64,000 nt of DNA from assembly GCA_963792965.1 (NCBI GenBank), contig CAWBYW010000013.1:64001-128000 (forward strand), read 5' to 3'. Below the pieces are notes generated by a model that saw only the letters and a program-made list of their open reading frames with translations, made no database searches and was not told the origin of the DNA. Positions within the stretch are counted from its first letter, which is position 1; every line of letters begins with the position of its first letter. This DNA comes from an uncultured delta proteobacterium. Its GTDB lineage: Bacteria; Desulfobacterota; Zymogenia; Zymogenales; Zymogenaceae. Shown in pieces: positions 28,318-39,705 of this stretch. The position numbers were made by a program, and so were the translations under genes.

Positions 28318-30486
28318 ATGCCCGACCTGAAACGGATCAGTGAATTTCGTATTAAACTCAGCAGCCTCCTCATTGACGGGATCCTGAAATTATCGCGGGC
28401 GCACGTGGTCGTGAACGATCTCGAAAGGGTTGGGGACCGATCGGTCATCTACGTCTCGAACCACTTTACCCGGACCGAAACGCTGCTGTTACCCTATATC
28501 ATCTATAAACACAAGAAGATCGCCCCCCGGATCCTCACGGCCCAGTACGTCTTTGAGGCGATCGGGACAAGGCTCATCGAGGGGGTCGGATCGGTGCCGA
28601 TAACGCTCCCGGATCTGGATGATATCGCCGCCAAGAGCCTGATTTCCGGCGAGAGCTGGGTGATCTTTCCCGGGGGCACGCTGACCCGCGGGGCGGTCGA
28701 CGGCCGCGCGGTACCTGACGAGGCGGCTTCCTCCGATACCCCTCAGACGAAGGCCTCCACCATCGGCCTCAAGGCCCAGATGGCCGCCAAGATCATGAAC
28801 GATTTCATCGTCGAGTACCACCTTACGCGGGTCTTCGGTCTGGACAGCCTCTCGTCGCTCGAGGTGACGATCGTCCCGGTAAACATCACCTACTGGCCCG
28901 TCCGCTACGCCAACACCTTTTTGACCAGGGCCATCAGGAGAGGACTGGGGCGACTCGAGAAGGGGAAACTGCCCGGCGGATACGAAGAGCGGCTCGGGCT
29001 GGAGAGCTCGGTCCTGTCCCGGGGCGCGGAGATCACCATTAATTTCGGAAATCCCAAGAAGGTCTCCCAGTACTCGACCTGGCTCGCTGAAAAGGAAGCA
29101 TACCCCACCGAGAGGAACGTGGAAAATCCCCTCTTTTCCGATGCGGTCGAAGGGATGACGAGTGACTATATGGCCGACATCTACCGGCTGACCACTATAA
29201 ATCCCGATCACCTGCTTGCCCACTTGCTGACGACGATGGTGAAAAGGAATATCCTCTCCGAGCCGTGGGATAATACAAAGCGGCGCGTCTACCTGGCCGC
29301 CCTCGCCATGCGCGGGCTTGCGAACCACCGCTTCCATGAGGTTATCGACGAGCGCCCCGAGTCGCTGATCACGCTGGGGGAAACGCACCTCGAACATTTC
29401 GTGGAGATGGACAGGCGCAGCACGTCCATGGAGATAAGGGACGGCAGGATTCAACTCAACAAGAAGGAATTCAGGTGGCATGACTACTGGCGCGGGGCGC
29501 GGATCCTCAATACGATCGAGGTGATCGACAACGAGATACGACCCCTCACGGACGTGACAGAGTATATCGATGGAACGCTCGACGCGGACACCATTGACCT
29601 TACCGACAGGACGACCCGGGCCCTCGTCGCCGGGGAAGAGGAGCGCTTCGTGATGGACTGGGCGCAGTTCTATACGAAGGGGGAATCCAAGGATAAGAAA
29701 TTCGGGATGCCCAGACTCCACGTTGGAGATAAAAAGGTGGGGGTCCTCCTCGTCCACGGCTATATGGCCTCCCCCGAGGAGATGCGGCCCCTCTTCGAAT
29801 ACCTCACCGCCCAGGGCCTCACCGTCTATGCGGTGAGGCTTCGCGGCCACGGGACCTCTCCCTACGACCTTATGGTCAGAGACTGGGAAGACTGGTTTTA
29901 CACGGCACGGATCGGCTACACGATCCTCTCGACGTTAGTCGATCGGATCTACATCTGCGGATTTTCGATGGGCGGCGCGCTCTCGTGGCACTTGGCGGCC
30001 CTCAATCCGCCGAAGCTTGCCGGCATCGTGTCAATATCTGCGGCCATGCTCCTGGTCAGCCGGGCGTCTTTTCTGGCGCCGTTTATCGATTTTGCCGACG
30101 GCGTCATGAGGCTTATCGGGGCCAAAAAGACTCCGGTCGAGTTCATCCCGAATCATCCCGAAAACCCCCACATCAACTACTTCAAGAACCCCGTACATGG
30201 GGTCGATCAGCTCCTGGAGCTGGTCGACGTGGTAAGAAAGGAGCTTAGGCGCGTTACGGTGCCCGCCCTCATCATACAGGGCGGCAAGGATCCCACCGTT
30301 GACCCGGAGAGCGCCGAGGAGTATTACGAGTCGATCGCCTCCAAAACGAAAGGTCTTGTCTGGGTGGACAGTCCCTATCATGGCATCGTCTATCGCGGCA
30401 GCGACGTGATATTTGAGCGAATCCACGAATTCATCAAGGACCCCAAAAAGGGTGTTTACCCCTCTCACCACTGGATCTCGCTGTAG
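28318..30486 (+). CDS. Glycerolipid acyltransferase-like domain fused to alpha/beta hydrolase (paralog 1)
   Basis: SNHFTRTE, IFPGG, IVPVNITY; hydrolase LVHGY, GFSMGG, GKDPTV, SPYHG; start aligned to paralog 2 (MPDL). Confidence 0.85.
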   Translation: MPDLKRISEFRIKLSSLLIDGILKLSRAHVVVNDLERVGDRSVIYVSNHFTRTETLLLPYIIYKHKKIAPRILTAQYVFEAIGTRLIEGVGSVPITLPDLDDIAAKSLISGESWVIFPGGTLTRGAVDGRAVPDEAASSDTPQTKASTIGLKAQMAAKIMNDFIVEYHLTRVFGLDSLSSLEVTIVPVNITYWPVRYANTFLTRAIRRGLGRLEKGKLPGGYEERLGLESSVLSRGAEITINFGNPKKVSQYSTWLAEKEAYPTERNVENPLFSDAVEGMTSDYMADIYRLTTINPDHLLAHLLTTMVKRNILSEPWDNTKRRVYLAALAMRGLANHRFHEVIDERPESLITLGETHLEHFVEMDRRSTSMEIRDGRIQLNKKEFRWHDYWRGARILNTIEVIDNEIRPLTDVTEYIDGTLDADTIDLTDRTTRALVAGEEERFVMDWAQFYTKGESKDKKFGMPRLHVGDKKVGVLLVHGYMASPEEMRPLFEYLTAQGLTVYAVRLRGHGTSPYDLMVRDWEDWFYTARIGYTILSTLVDRIYICGFSMGGALSWHLAALNPPKLAGIVSISAAMLLVSRASFLAPFIDFADGVMRLIGAKKTPVEFIPNHPENPHINYFKNPVHGVDQLLELVDVVRKELRRVTVPALIIQGGKDPTVDPESAEEYYESIASKTKGLVWVDSPYHGIVYRGSDVIFERIHEFIKDPKKGVYPSHHWISL

Positions 30487-30666
30487 CGGGAGTTTGGCCG
30501 GAAAACCCCGGCCGGCGGATTTGTTGCCCGGACCTTCTCCCGCGCGCCGCGGCGGACGATCATCCTTTGGGAGTCGTTTCGCTTTTTTGCCGGATGCGAG
30601 CGTGGGGGCGACGGCCTCCAAGAGCTATGCTATAATGAGTCATGGAATCAATACGGGTGACGTACC

Positions 30667-32865
30667 ATGCCCGATCTTCACCCCATCAACTCGTTCAGGG
30701 TCGGCGCCCTGGGCCTCTTGCTCGATGCGCTGCTGACGATCCTCGGCGTCAGAATCAGTGTCAACGGGATCGATCGTGTCCCGAGGCAATCGGTTATCTT
30801 CGCATCGAACCACTTCACGCGTCTGGAGACGATTCTCCTGCCCCGTATCATCAAGAGGCGGCTCGGCGTCGTCCCCCGATCGCTCACGGACCGCTTCGTC
30901 TTCGAGGCCCTTCCCAAGGAGTTCATGGAGAGCGTCGGCTCCGTTCCGACGAATATACCCGATCGTGACAGCGTCGCGGTAAAAAGCCTGCTGGCCGGGG
31001 AGACCTGGATCATCTTCCCTGAAGGGAGGATGGTTAAGGACAAGAAAGTGGTAAGCGCCCGCCGCTTCATCGTCCATGAGGATGAGCAGACGAGGCCGCC
31101 GCACACGGGGACCGCGGCCATCGCCCTTAAGGCGCAGCTTGCGGCGGGCATGATGAGCGAATTTGCGGAGAAGTACCATATCTCCAAGATATTCGGCTTC
31201 GAGCACCTCGGCCCCCTGGATATCAAAATCGTCCCCGTCAACATCACCTATTATCCCGAGCGTTTTTTCCGGACTTCCTTTACCAATTTCATTGAACGGG
31301 CCACGCATCTTTTCAGCAAGGAAGCAGTCACGAAAAGGTTCGAGGAGGAGCTCCGGGTGGAGAGCTCGTTTTTGAGACGCGGGGTGGAGATCATCGTCAA
31401 TTTCGGGAACCCGAGGGGGATTGCACCGTACGCCGCCTGGCTCGACCAAAAGACCGTCAACCCCGTCTTTCGGGAAGAGACGGTGCAGGCCTTTTCCCGC
31501 TCCATACGTGCGATCACCAATGACTATATGAGGGAGATCTATCGGCTGACCACCGTAAATCCCGATCATCTGATGGCCCGGCTCCTTTTTTCGATGGTTG
31601 CGCGGCACCGCTATTCGGACGAGTGGGACGACGTAAAGCGCCGCGTCTTTCTTGCGGCGCTCGCTGTAAGAGACCTTGGAGGCGTCACCTCTCACAAGAC
31701 AATCTCCGACAACCCCCACGCGCTCATCGTCTGGGGAGAGCGCACCTTCGACGGTTTCCTTGACATGGGCATCCGCCAGGGGCTCCTGGAAAGACGGGAC
31801 GGCCGTGTTTTCATCAGCGAGGAGGAATTCAAGCGTCCCCACGAGTTTCATCGCATCAGGATCGCCAATACCATCGAGGTAATTAAGAACGAGATCGAGC
31901 CGCTCCCCGAGGTGGCCGGATCGGTGGACGAAACGCTAAAAATCGGGGCAAAGCTGCTCAAAGAGCGCACGACGCAAGCGCTGATCTCGATCGATCGGGA
32001 TCACTACCTCAAGGACTACGCGCAGTTTTACGTAAAAGACGAGTCAAAGGAGATGAAGTTCGGGATGCCCGCTCTCCATTTCGCGGGGCCTTCCGTCGGC
32101 GTCCTTTTGGTGCACGGGTATCTGACTTCTCCCGAACAGATGCGTCCGCTCCTCGAATACCTGACGCATCAGGGCATTACGGCCTATAACGTGAGGCTCG
32201 CCGGACACGGGACGTCCGCGCTTGACCTGGCGACGACCGACCGACGGCAGTGGTTTTATTCCGTCCGTCTCGGCTACACGATCCTTTCCCAGCTGGTCGA
32301 GAGAGTCTTCGTGTGCGGATTCGGGTTAGGAGGCGTGCTCGGGTGGTTGTTGGCGGCGCAAGAACCACCGAGGCTTGCCGGGGTGGTCTCAATATCGGCA
32401 GCCATGCGGCAAGACGACCGGTTTGCCGCGCTGGCGCCCTCGATGGACTTTGTGGATCACCTGGCCAGAAAGATAGGAATAAGAAAGAGACCGATCGAGT
32501 TTATGAAAAAGGAGTCCGAAAACCCTCACTTCACCTACCCGAAGAATCCGGTGCATGGGATGTATCAGATCCGTGTCCTGATTCGTGAGGTCAGGCGACA
32601 GTTATCCCAGGTCACCGTCCCGGCGTTGATCATCCAGGGGGGCGACAACCCCGCCGTCGACCCCGAGGGCGCCCGGGAATATTTCGACGCCGTTTCATCA
32701 AAGGTGAAGGGAATCATCCCGGTGGAGAGCCCGTACCACGGCATCACCTACCGGGGGGACGACGAGATCTTCGGGCGGATCGCGGCGTTCGTGAGAGACC
32801 CCGTGGAGGGGGTTGCAGACTTCTCCGAGCGCGTCTTGAACGGGAAGAAGGACAAAGGAAGCTGA
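30667..32865 (+). CDS. Glycerolipid acyltransferase domain fused to inactive-looking alpha/beta hydrolase (paralog 2)
   Basis: SNHFTRLE, IFPEG, PHTG; hydrolase LVHGY but GFGLGG and GDNPAV. Confidence 0.85.
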   Translation: MPDLHPINSFRVGALGLLLDALLTILGVRISVNGIDRVPRQSVIFASNHFTRLETILLPRIIKRRLGVVPRSLTDRFVFEALPKEFMESVGSVPTNIPDRDSVAVKSLLAGETWIIFPEGRMVKDKKVVSARRFIVHEDEQTRPPHTGTAAIALKAQLAAGMMSEFAEKYHISKIFGFEHLGPLDIKIVPVNITYYPERFFRTSFTNFIERATHLFSKEAVTKRFEEELRVESSFLRRGVEIIVNFGNPRGIAPYAAWLDQKTVNPVFREETVQAFSRSIRAITNDYMREIYRLTTVNPDHLMARLLFSMVARHRYSDEWDDVKRRVFLAALAVRDLGGVTSHKTISDNPHALIVWGERTFDGFLDMGIRQGLLERRDGRVFISEEEFKRPHEFHRIRIANTIEVIKNEIEPLPEVAGSVDETLKIGAKLLKERTTQALISIDRDHYLKDYAQFYVKDESKEMKFGMPALHFAGPSVGVLLVHGYLTSPEQMRPLLEYLTHQGITAYNVRLAGHGTSALDLATTDRRQWFYSVRLGYTILSQLVERVFVCGFGLGGVLGWLLAAQEPPRLAGVVSISAAMRQDDRFAALAPSMDFVDHLARKIGIRKRPIEFMKKESENPHFTYPKNPVHGMYQIRVLIREVRRQLSQVTVPALIIQGGDNPAVDPEGAREYFDAVSSKVKGIIPVESPYHGITYRGDDEIFGRIAAFVRDPVEGVADFSERVLNGKKDKGS

Positions 32866-32916
32866 TTCGATTGATGTAATGGGCCGAGGTGTGAGCGGGG
32901 GAGACAGGTAAGCCGT

Positions 32917-33522
32917 TCAGTCGCTTGTACTATTCTTTCCGTAAAGAGCCGCTACCCTCGCCAGGAGCGTCCTGACCCTCTCGGTCTCGGGACTCCTCCG
33001 GGCTTCCTCGACCGCAGGAGAGTCATCCCGGTAAGCGACGCACGAGTCGATCATGGCCGGCCTCATCGTGATGAACCACTTGAGCCTTTCTGTCGGCGTC
33101 ATCTCGTCAAGGATGTCACCAAAGGAGTCCTTGAGAGCCAGGTACTGCCCCTGTACCGAGGCGTGGCACGCTTCCATGACGACGTTGGTCAGGTGGCTGC
33201 AGCCGTCTTTGCCCCCGATGGTCTGTTCCATCCTCTGGGTGAGCCCCCTCTTAATCTCGAGCCCGAGTGCCCCCTTGAGGGACGCCAGAGCCTCACGGCA
33301 GCGCTCGTGGGGGGTCCTGATCATCCGCCCCCGGATATCTCTAATTACCATGTCGGGTACCGAGATATCCAGAGTCACCTCCATCTCGTGAAAATTGTCG
33401 GCCATATGGGCGACGACGGTGATGCCTCCGTCGATCAGGTGGATATTGACGTCCTTTTTTCGGTTGAAGACGGGCCGGCTCGCGGGCAGCGCCCCTTTAC
33501 CGGCTTCGGTTTCTTGTGCCAT
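32917..33522 (-). CDS. DUF2889 family protein
   Basis: DNFHEM, RTPHERC, GGKDGCSHL, DSCVAY. Confidence 0.75.
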   Translation of the reverse strand: MAQETEAGKGALPASRPVFNRKKDVNIHLIDGGITVVAHMADNFHEMEVTLDISVPDMVIRDIRGRMIRTPHERCREALASLKGALGLEIKRGLTQRMEQTIGGKDGCSHLTNVVMEACHASVQGQYLALKDSFGDILDEMTPTERLKWFITMRPAMIDSCVAYRDDSPAVEEARRSPETERVRTLLARVAALYGKNSTSD

Positions 33523-33569
33523 GAGTGCCTTCGTTTTTTGCCGCGCCTCTTTGGGTGCGCGGGATGTTC

Positions 33570-34880
<1,311 letters not shown>

Positions 34881-35052
34881 TTACCCCAAAAATAATGCGC
34901 ATGGGTCCACTCATCGCCGAGGACGACGAGTATAGCATGCGCGAGATTTCAGGTCAAAATGAAAACGTTCCGAGCCCACAGGCCCGGGGGAGCGCCCCGT
35001 GCTGAGAAGATCGCCTTCTTGACGCCTGTGCGCCGCCCGCTGTGTCGACGGC

Positions 35053-36633
35053 TCAGAGCTTCACCTGCTGGACCGATATCATGTGGGGGAGTTTTTTCAG
35101 CTTTTCGATCACCGCGGGCGTCACCTCGCAGTCCACCGAGAGGATGACCAGGGCGTTGCCGCCTTCCTTGTCTCTTGCCAGATGCATCCGGGCGATGTTG
35201 ACGTTATTCTCTCCGAGCGTGGTCCCGAGTCCGCCGATGACGCCGGGCTTATCGAGGTTTTTTGTAACCAGCAGGATCCCCTCGGGGAAGGCCTCAAGGC
35301 TGAAATTGTCCAGTCTCACGATCCGGGGTGTTTCCGTCCCAAAGACGACGCCGGAAATGAGCTTCTCCCCCTCTTTCGTCTTCGCCCGAAGATTGACGAG
35401 ACCCGTAAAGCCGTCGGCCTCATCGCCCTTGGTCTCCACGACTTTGATTCCCCGCTCCTTGGCGATGATCGGTGCGTTGACAAAATTGGCCCCCTCCTCG
35501 AGGATCGGGTCGAGTATCCCCTTGAGGAAGGCGACGGTGACGGGCGGGGTGTCGATGGCCGAAGCCTCTCCGAGGTACTCGATGGTGATCTGGTCCAGCC
35601 CCGGCAGCCCGAGCTGGGACAAGAACGAGCCCATCTTCTCGGCCAGGATGATGTAGGGTCTGAGCAACGGGGCCGACTCGGGGCTCACCGAGGGCATATT
35701 GACGGCGTTCCTGACGATCCCTTTGGTGAGAAAATCGACGATCTGCGCGGCAACCGCCACGGCCACGTTATCCTGTGCCTCCTCGGTTGATGCACCGAGG
35801 TGGGGGGTGAAGATAATTCGATCGTCCTTGAAGAGGTCGCTCGGCTCCGGGGGCTCTTTGGCGAAGACGTCGAGCGCGGCTCCGGCCACGATCCCCTCGC
35901 CCAGCGCCCAGAGGAGGTCGGCCTCGTTCACGAGGCCGCCGCGGGCGCAGTTGATGATGAAGACACCCTTCTTCATCTTTTTGAATGCGCTCTTGTTAAT
36001 CATCCCCATCGTCTCATCGGTTTTGGGGACATGGATGGTGATATAGTCCGCGCGGGCGTAGAGGTCGTCCAGGCTCACCAGCTCGACACCGAGCTTGCCG
36101 GCAATCTCGCTGTTGATGAAGGGGTCGGAGGTAATGACGCGCATCTTGAGGCCGAGAGCCCTGTCGGCGACGATTCGTCCGACGTTGCCCAGGCCGATGA
36201 CGCCGAGCGTCTTGTTGAAGACCTCTTTGCCCATGAACTTCTTCTTCTCCCACTTTCCTTCCCGCATGGACGCCGTGGCCTGGGGGATAAATCGGGAGAG
36301 GGAGAGCATCATCGAGATTGCGTGCTCGGCCGTCGTGATGGTGTTCCCTCCCGGGGTGTTCATGACGACGATGCCTTTTCGGCTGGCGGCCGGTACATCG
36401 ACGTTGTCGACACCGGTGCCGGCCCTCCCGATGACCTTCAGGTTCGTCGCGGCCTCGATGATATCGGGAGTCATCTTCGTGGCCGAGCGAACGGCGATAC
36501 CGTCATATTTCCCGATGATCTCCTTGAGCTGTTCGGGCTTGAGGCCGGTGATGACGTCGACTTGGATCCCTTCGGCATTTTTCAGTATCTCAACCGCCTT
36601 TTCAGACATGCTGTCGCTAATAAGGACTTTCAT
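35053..36633 (-). CDS. serA: D-3-phosphoglycerate dehydrogenase (ASB+ACT type)
   Basis: GRAGTGVDNVD, GLGNVG, NCARGG, TPHLGASTEEAQ, C-terminal DKPGVIG ACT. Confidence 0.97.
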   Translation of the reverse strand: MKVLISDSMSEKAVEILKNAEGIQVDVITGLKPEQLKEIIGKYDGIAVRSATKMTPDIIEAATNLKVIGRAGTGVDNVDVPAASRKGIVVMNTPGGNTITTAEHAISMMLSLSRFIPQATASMREGKWEKKKFMGKEVFNKTLGVIGLGNVGRIVADRALGLKMRVITSDPFINSEIAGKLGVELVSLDDLYARADYITIHVPKTDETMGMINKSAFKKMKKGVFIINCARGGLVNEADLLWALGEGIVAGAALDVFAKEPPEPSDLFKDDRIIFTPHLGASTEEAQDNVAVAVAAQIVDFLTKGIVRNAVNMPSVSPESAPLLRPYIILAEKMGSFLSQLGLPGLDQITIEYLGEASAIDTPPVTVAFLKGILDPILEEGANFVNAPIIAKERGIKVVETKGDEADGFTGLVNLRAKTKEGEKLISGVVFGTETPRIVRLDNFSLEAFPEGILLVTKNLDKPGVIGGLGTTLGENNVNIARMHLARDKEGGNALVILSVDCEVTPAVIEKLKKLPHMISVQQVKL

Positions 36634-36650
36634 CTATCCGGTTTCCTTTT

Positions 36651-37793
36651 CTACTCGAGGTTTTTGAGGATGTCTTCGGCCACGCTCACGCCGCTGCCGA
36701 GCCGAACGGCAAAGCCGAGGTTCTTGAGGACCATCTCGACGGCCGCCAGCGTCATGATGATGTCGAAACGGTCCACCCATCCCATATGGGCGATCCTGAA
36801 AATCTTCCCCTTGAAGCTGTCCTGACCGCCGGCCACCGTGATGCCGTAGACGGTCCGCAGCCCTTTGACGATATCCCCGCCCGCGATGTTCGCCGGGGCC
36901 TTGATGGCGGTGATGGAGTTGCTCGGTGACGAGGGAGCAACCAGCTCAAGCCCCATGGCCAGAGCACCCTTGCGGGTGGCGTCGGCCATCACCTCGAAGC
37001 GCTTGAGGAGTTTTTCCAGCCCAATTTCCCTGATGATGGCCAGCGCCTCCCTGAGGCCCACGATGAGCGAGACAGCGGGTGTGTAGGCGTTCTGGTTCTT
37101 GGCGAGGTTCTTCTCTTCCTTCTTGAAATCGAGGTAATACTTAGGAAGGGTGGCGCGGGACGCGAATTCCCACGCCTTATCGGACACCGAGGCAAATGCG
37201 AGCCCGGGCGGCAGCATGAGGCCCTTCTGGGATCCGGCAACGACCACGTCCAGTCCCCATTCATCGACGGGGAGCGGGATAACGCCCAGCGCCGAGATCG
37301 CGTCGACAATGAGAATAGTGTCGCTCTTCTTCTTGACGATGTCCGCGATCGCCTTGACCGGGTGGCCCACCCCGGTGGAGGTCTCGGACGCCTGTATGAG
37401 AACGGCCTTGGCGTCTTTATGGGCCTTGAGCGCCTCTTCGATCTGCTCGGGCTTTACGGCCTGGCCCCAGGGGACATCGATGTTGATGGAACTTACCCCA
37501 TAGGCGGCTGCGATCTCGGCCCAGCGCTCGCCGAACTTACCGCCCCGCACGGTGATGACCGTGTCGCCGGCCGACAGCGTGTTGACGACGGCCGCTTCCA
37601 TCGCCCCCGTCCCGGAGGACGTGTGGATGATGACCTCTTTCTTGGTCTGGTAGAGGTACTTAAGCCCCTCGCGCACCTCGGCCAAGATCCCTTCGAACTT
37701 CGGCGCCCGATGGTGGATGATAGGGCCGGACATCGCTTTGAGAACCCGTTCCGGTACCGGCGTCGGCCCGGGCGTCATAAGGTATTCTTTCAT
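36651..37793 (-). CDS. Class V PLP aminotransferase (alanine-glyoxylate/serine-pyruvate type; probable phosphoserine aminotransferase role)
   Basis: TPGPT, SGTGAME, ETSTG, VDAIS, GSQKGLMLPPG, FRIAHMG; directly upstream of serA. Confidence 0.9.
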   Translation of the reverse strand: MKEYLMTPGPTPVPERVLKAMSGPIIHHRAPKFEGILAEVREGLKYLYQTKKEVIIHTSSGTGAMEAAVVNTLSAGDTVITVRGGKFGERWAEIAAAYGVSSINIDVPWGQAVKPEQIEEALKAHKDAKAVLIQASETSTGVGHPVKAIADIVKKKSDTILIVDAISALGVIPLPVDEWGLDVVVAGSQKGLMLPPGLAFASVSDKAWEFASRATLPKYYLDFKKEEKNLAKNQNAYTPAVSLIVGLREALAIIREIGLEKLLKRFEVMADATRKGALAMGLELVAPSSPSNSITAIKAPANIAGGDIVKGLRTVYGITVAGGQDSFKGKIFRIAHMGWVDRFDIIMTLAAVEMVLKNLGFAVRLGSGVSVAEDILKNLE

Positions 37794-37877
37794 GAGTCAT
37801 TTCCTTAAAAATAGTCAATAGCGCCACACTTTGTTATCAAAATTGCGTCACGTTGTCAAGAATAAATGAATAATGGT

Positions 37878-39581
37878 TCATTTTTTGGCTGAAAGCACGG
37901 TGGCTTCATACGGCTTGATGTACCAGGTGGCCGACGTGAACGCGTCCCCCTCATCACGACAGTTGGATACGACGACCTCCCAGGTCTGCGGTCTCCCTTC
38001 TGTTCCGAGGCACTCCTTGGGCACAAAGTCAAAGGAGTGCTTTGTAAAGTTGAGCACGACCAGGCACTTCTCGTCACGATACTCTCTGAGATATGCGAGG
38101 ATGCCCCGGGGGGTATGTGACAGCATCGTCATGGTCCCCCGGACAAGCGCCTCCATCCGTTTCCTCTTCCAGATGACCTTCCTGTAGAACGACAACAGCG
38201 AGGCGGGATCCTTGGCTTCGGCCGCGACGTTGACAGTCGACCAGTTCGGGTGGATCGGAAGCCACGTAGGGCTCCCCTTCGAAAAGCCGGCGGAGGTCGT
38301 GTCGTCCCACTGCATGGGCGTCCGGGAGGGGTCCCTCCCGACGGGGACGGGCCAGTAACGTATTCCCACGGGATCCTTGAGATCGCGCCTCTTAATATGG
38401 AGGTTTTTCATCCCGATCTCTTCCCCGTAGTAGAGGAAGGGAGTGCCCCGCACGGTCAGCAGCAGCATCGCCGCCACCTCGGCGCGAGAGACGGTCTGGG
38501 CCTCGTCGCCCTTCTCAAATCTGCCGGTATGCCGTGGACGGTCGTGATTTGAGAGGAAGTAGGTGGGCCAGGCGTCCCTGGGGAGTGCTTTTTCCCACGA
38601 ATCGACGGCCGATCGGAAGTCATCGGCACAGAAGGGCTGGTTGGCGAAATGAAAATAGAACGCGAGGTTGAGTCCGTCACCGCCCGTCCCATAGTACCGG
38701 GCGGGCTCGAGGGGGTCGTCATTTGCAATTTCCCCGACGAGCATCCTCTCGTCGTAGGAGTCGACAAGCTTCCTCATCTCGCGGACGACCTCCATGTTCT
38801 TGGGGAGATCCTTGTCGTAGAGGTGGCGCTGCATGTCGTAGGGCCTTCGGCCCATGACGTAGGGGTTTGAGCGGAGTTTGACATCCTTGAAGACGTGATT
38901 GATGACGTCCAGCCGAAACCCGTCCACTCCCTTATCAAGCCAAAATTTCATCTGATCGTACATCGCTTGCCGAAGCTTCTTATTGTTCCAGTTCACGTCG
39001 GGCTGCTCGGGGAGGAAGTGGTGGTAATAGTATTGCTGGGTCGTTTCGTCCCAGGTCCAGGCCGGTCCGCCGAAGACGGACTGCCAGTTGTTGGGGCGGA
39101 AACGCCGGGGTGGTGGATTATCGTTTGAATATCGCCTCTTGGGGGGGTGGGCGGGCGACGCCCAGATATACCAATCCCGCTTGGGATTAGTGCGCGAACT
39201 CCTGGATTCGACGAACCAGGGGTGCAGGTGCGAGGTGTGGTTGGGGACGAAATCGAGGATGATCTTGATGTTGCGCTTATGGGCCTCGGAAAGGAGCCGG
39301 TCAAAATCGGCCATGTTGCCGAAGACCGGGTCGATATCAGTATAGCTTGAGATATCGTAGCCGAAATCGAACATCGGTGACGGGTAGAAGGGAGAAAACC
39401 AGATCGCATCGATGCCAAGCGAATTCTCGGTGCCGTCGTTGAGGTAGTCAAGACGAGCGGTGATGCCCGCTATGTCCCCGATTCCGTCGCCGTTTGCGTC
39501 CATGAAGCTTCGCGGGTAGATCTGATAGACGACCCCGTCTTTCCACCAGACGTCGCCGGTCCGGGTATCTTTTTTCTTCAT
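37878..39581 (-). CDS. GH13 alpha-glucosidase/oligo-1,6-glucosidase
   Basis: YQIYPRSF, VPNHTS, GFRLDV, LVGEI, SNHD, RTPMQW. Confidence 0.95.
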   Translation of the reverse strand: MKKKDTRTGDVWWKDGVVYQIYPRSFMDANGDGIGDIAGITARLDYLNDGTENSLGIDAIWFSPFYPSPMFDFGYDISSYTDIDPVFGNMADFDRLLSEAHKRNIKIILDFVPNHTSHLHPWFVESRSSRTNPKRDWYIWASPAHPPKRRYSNDNPPPRRFRPNNWQSVFGGPAWTWDETTQQYYYHHFLPEQPDVNWNNKKLRQAMYDQMKFWLDKGVDGFRLDVINHVFKDVKLRSNPYVMGRRPYDMQRHLYDKDLPKNMEVVREMRKLVDSYDERMLVGEIANDDPLEPARYYGTGGDGLNLAFYFHFANQPFCADDFRSAVDSWEKALPRDAWPTYFLSNHDRPRHTGRFEKGDEAQTVSRAEVAAMLLLTVRGTPFLYYGEEIGMKNLHIKRRDLKDPVGIRYWPVPVGRDPSRTPMQWDDTTSAGFSKGSPTWLPIHPNWSTVNVAAEAKDPASLLSFYRKVIWKRKRMEALVRGTMTMLSHTPRGILAYLREYRDEKCLVVLNFTKHSFDFVPKECLGTEGRPQTWEVVVSNCRDEGDAFTSATWYIKPYEATVLSAKK

Positions 39582-39705
39582 ATACGCTCCAATCAAGAAT
39601 GACGCACCGAATCAATATCAGATTTTGGGCGGGTATACAAGAAGAGAATCGAGGCGAGGTCGAGCCCGCCGGCGAAAGCTCAGCCCCTTCATCGGACCTT
39701 CGGCG

